The notes under the pieces: generated by a model
Database searches by the model: none
Told to the model about the DNA's origin: nothing
What the model saw: only the letters and a program-made list of their open reading frames with translations
Program-made: the position numbers and the translations under genes
In this document: positions 61,956 through 64,000 of the stretch, piece after piece
Position numbering within the stretch: position 1 is the stretch's first letter
Layout: every line of letters begins with the position of its first letter
Assembly: GCA_030704615.1 (NCBI GenBank)
Contig: CM060734.1
Location: forward strand, 4,836,001-4,900,000
Reading direction: 5' to 3'
Source: Takakia lepidozioides
Lineage: Eukaryota > Plantae > Bryophyta
DNA length: 64,000 bases

Positions 61956-63029
61956 ATGGCGGATCAGCTTTGTGGCTAAGCGATCGTTGACTTAGATTCA
62001 GAGGCATATTCGGGGCCATGAATATGACGCTCAGGTTCAAGGCACGGAACGATATTCAGTGCCCGCTTTTCATGGGATATATGGTTCAGTGCAAGGGTGT
62101 GGACGTTTTCCCGCCCACCTTGAAACTGTATACCCTGATATTGCATTGGCGAGCTGGGTTCAGTGTAGGGTGGGGATGCTCTCAACGTCGTTATGTACTA
62201 GGCTATTTGCTGATTTTTATTTTTATTTTTTAAAGAAAAGGGGACAGAGGCCTTTTAATCAAATTGATAAAGAAAAAATTACAAAAAGGTGGAAAAAATA
62301 ACCACCAAAATATTCGATACATTGGAAGTATCTAGACAAAGAAAAATGAGGAAAGACCCACCAAATAGTATTTTGAAGTGTCTGATAAAACAAAAGAAAG
62401 ATGAGAATCTTTCAAAAGAAGAAACTAATATATATTAGCCTTTAGAAAAGAGAATAAGATCTCCAAAATACAGTGTTGGATGAAATACCATTGAAATGGC
62501 GCCAACACCTGAAAAATGGCCCGGGACGACTCAACCGTTGCTGAATCAACCAAAACAGACCTCAATGCTTTCGGATAGGAGCTTCACCGTCCCTTTTGGT
62601 GTGGATGGCTTCCTTGAAAGACTAAAAATGCAGACTTATCGCAACTGAGTTGCCCTGCGCCCAAGGCTTAACCTCCGGACTCTGATAAACTGTATTTAGG
62701 AAATGGAGAGACAAAAAACATGAAAAAAGAAATAAATGGGGTTGAATTATCGCAACCTGCTTGCCCTGCATCCCAAAGCTCATCCTTGGAACTCCAATAA
62801 AACAACGAAAAAATACTGGGGTAATACCACTGAGATCCGCAACTTTATTGCCCCACACTCCAAAGTTGGTCTTTGGAGCTCCGATAAAACAGGGTGAATT
62901 TGGTGTGGGAGAAGACCCCCCCTACAGGGAACTTCTCCGGGTTGGAGAATTGCATGAGCCACGCCTCACACATGGTAATGCTTACACCTGATACCATCTA
63001 CCCGATTGGGGAAAAATCTCCCCGATTTG

Positions 63030-63530
63030 GCGGTAAGGACCGAGGATGCATTTTACGACCACAAACGGATGGTTCGCACGGACTTGCATTATGCGGGGGC
63101 CTTGCTGAATCCATTCTTGCTAGACAATACGGATTTGAGAGACGATGTGGATGCCAAAGCCGGGCTTGTATGGATCATCATGCAACTCGTGCCCTTGAAC
63201 ATGGCAGAGCGAGCTTTGTCCGAGTACCAGTGCTTCTCGGATCGCCAGAATCCTTTCCATGACATGCTGGATCCAAAAGCAATGAACATGTTGTCACATG
63301 AATGGTGGGATCTGATTGGAGCTGGAGCAAGAACGTTAGTTCCCATTGCAAAGCGTATTCTTGCTCAAGTGTGCTCTGCTTCGTCCTGTAGACGGAACTG
63401 AAGCAGTTACTCGTTTGTTCACAACAAGATTCGCAACAGGTTGAATCCTGCCAAGGCTGACAAATTGGTTTATGTCTACACGAATTGTAGGCTACTGCGA
63501 GAGATACAGCAAGTGACGCATCTGCATGGT
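63030..63530 (+). pseudogene. hAT transposase C-terminal (dimerisation) domain relic
   Basis: LHYAGALLNPF..EWW..LVPIAKRILAQVCSASSCRRN*SSYSFVHNKIRNRLNPAKADKLVYVYTN. Confidence 0.85.
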
Positions 63531-64000
63531 ACGAGAAGAATCTGTTGTCTGAAAAATCTGCCTCAGAGGTCCAATCTAGCAGCAATGATGACACCGACGC
63601 CGCGAGGGACTCCGACTCCGACGGTTGGGATGGGTCCGATGATGTGGACAATCCTCCATATGACCCATATGAATTTAATGACGATGATGCTGCAATGCAT
63701 CCATCCTTCGATGACCTTGTTGTTGATGAACTGTGACATGGTATCATCCCAATTGCGGACCCCCTTCCCCCAGTGGAAATTGGTGAAATACTATGCATCG
63801 AAGTCACACTCTCAACAATGAAGTTGAGGTGAACTCTCCCCCACCACGAGTTCCACGAATTGCGGGAGATGTGCAGGTCAAATCGTCGGATGATGACAAC
63901 CGGCCGTTGTCATTCCTTCACCGACATCGTGCCCCTGTGAACCGTGCTTCATCTCATGCCGCTCCAACTCATGTTTCTCTTTCTCAAGTCGGTCCATCCC

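Overview
Eukaryotic land-plant DNA, probably from a non-seed plant (inferred from gene content and intron style). Positions 1-32 kb are a nest of two Ty3/Gypsy families inserted into each other, with an apparent 6.7-kb inversion and a deletion. Positions 32-49 kb hold LINE/MITE relics and two host genes (GH17 beta-1,3-glucanase with X8 domain; ARID-HMG box protein). A full-length retroelement occupies 49.6-61.4 kb, followed by a hAT transposase relic. Family C is an ordinary chromovirus: tRNA-Met PBS, normal LTRs, 5-bp TSD, chromodomain. Family A (5 copies or fragments, labelled A1 and A3-A6) is the notable system. Its polyprotein is Gag-protease-DNMT3-like C5 DNA methyltransferase, then a conserved UAG-CAA-CCA readthrough-type stop, then RT-RNaseH-integrase-PHD finger. 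It lacks a tRNA PBS and instead has a 14-nt site complementary to its own terminal repeat, with covariation between subfamilies (Tf1-like self-priming). It is integrated as A-coding-B-A-B split direct repeats with a 4-bp TSD, the arrangement expected if a circular LTR intermediate is opened at an internal GACA-GC-TGTC palindrome. All copies here carry stops or frameshifts, so protein calls are consensus reconstructions by eye. No database searches were run.
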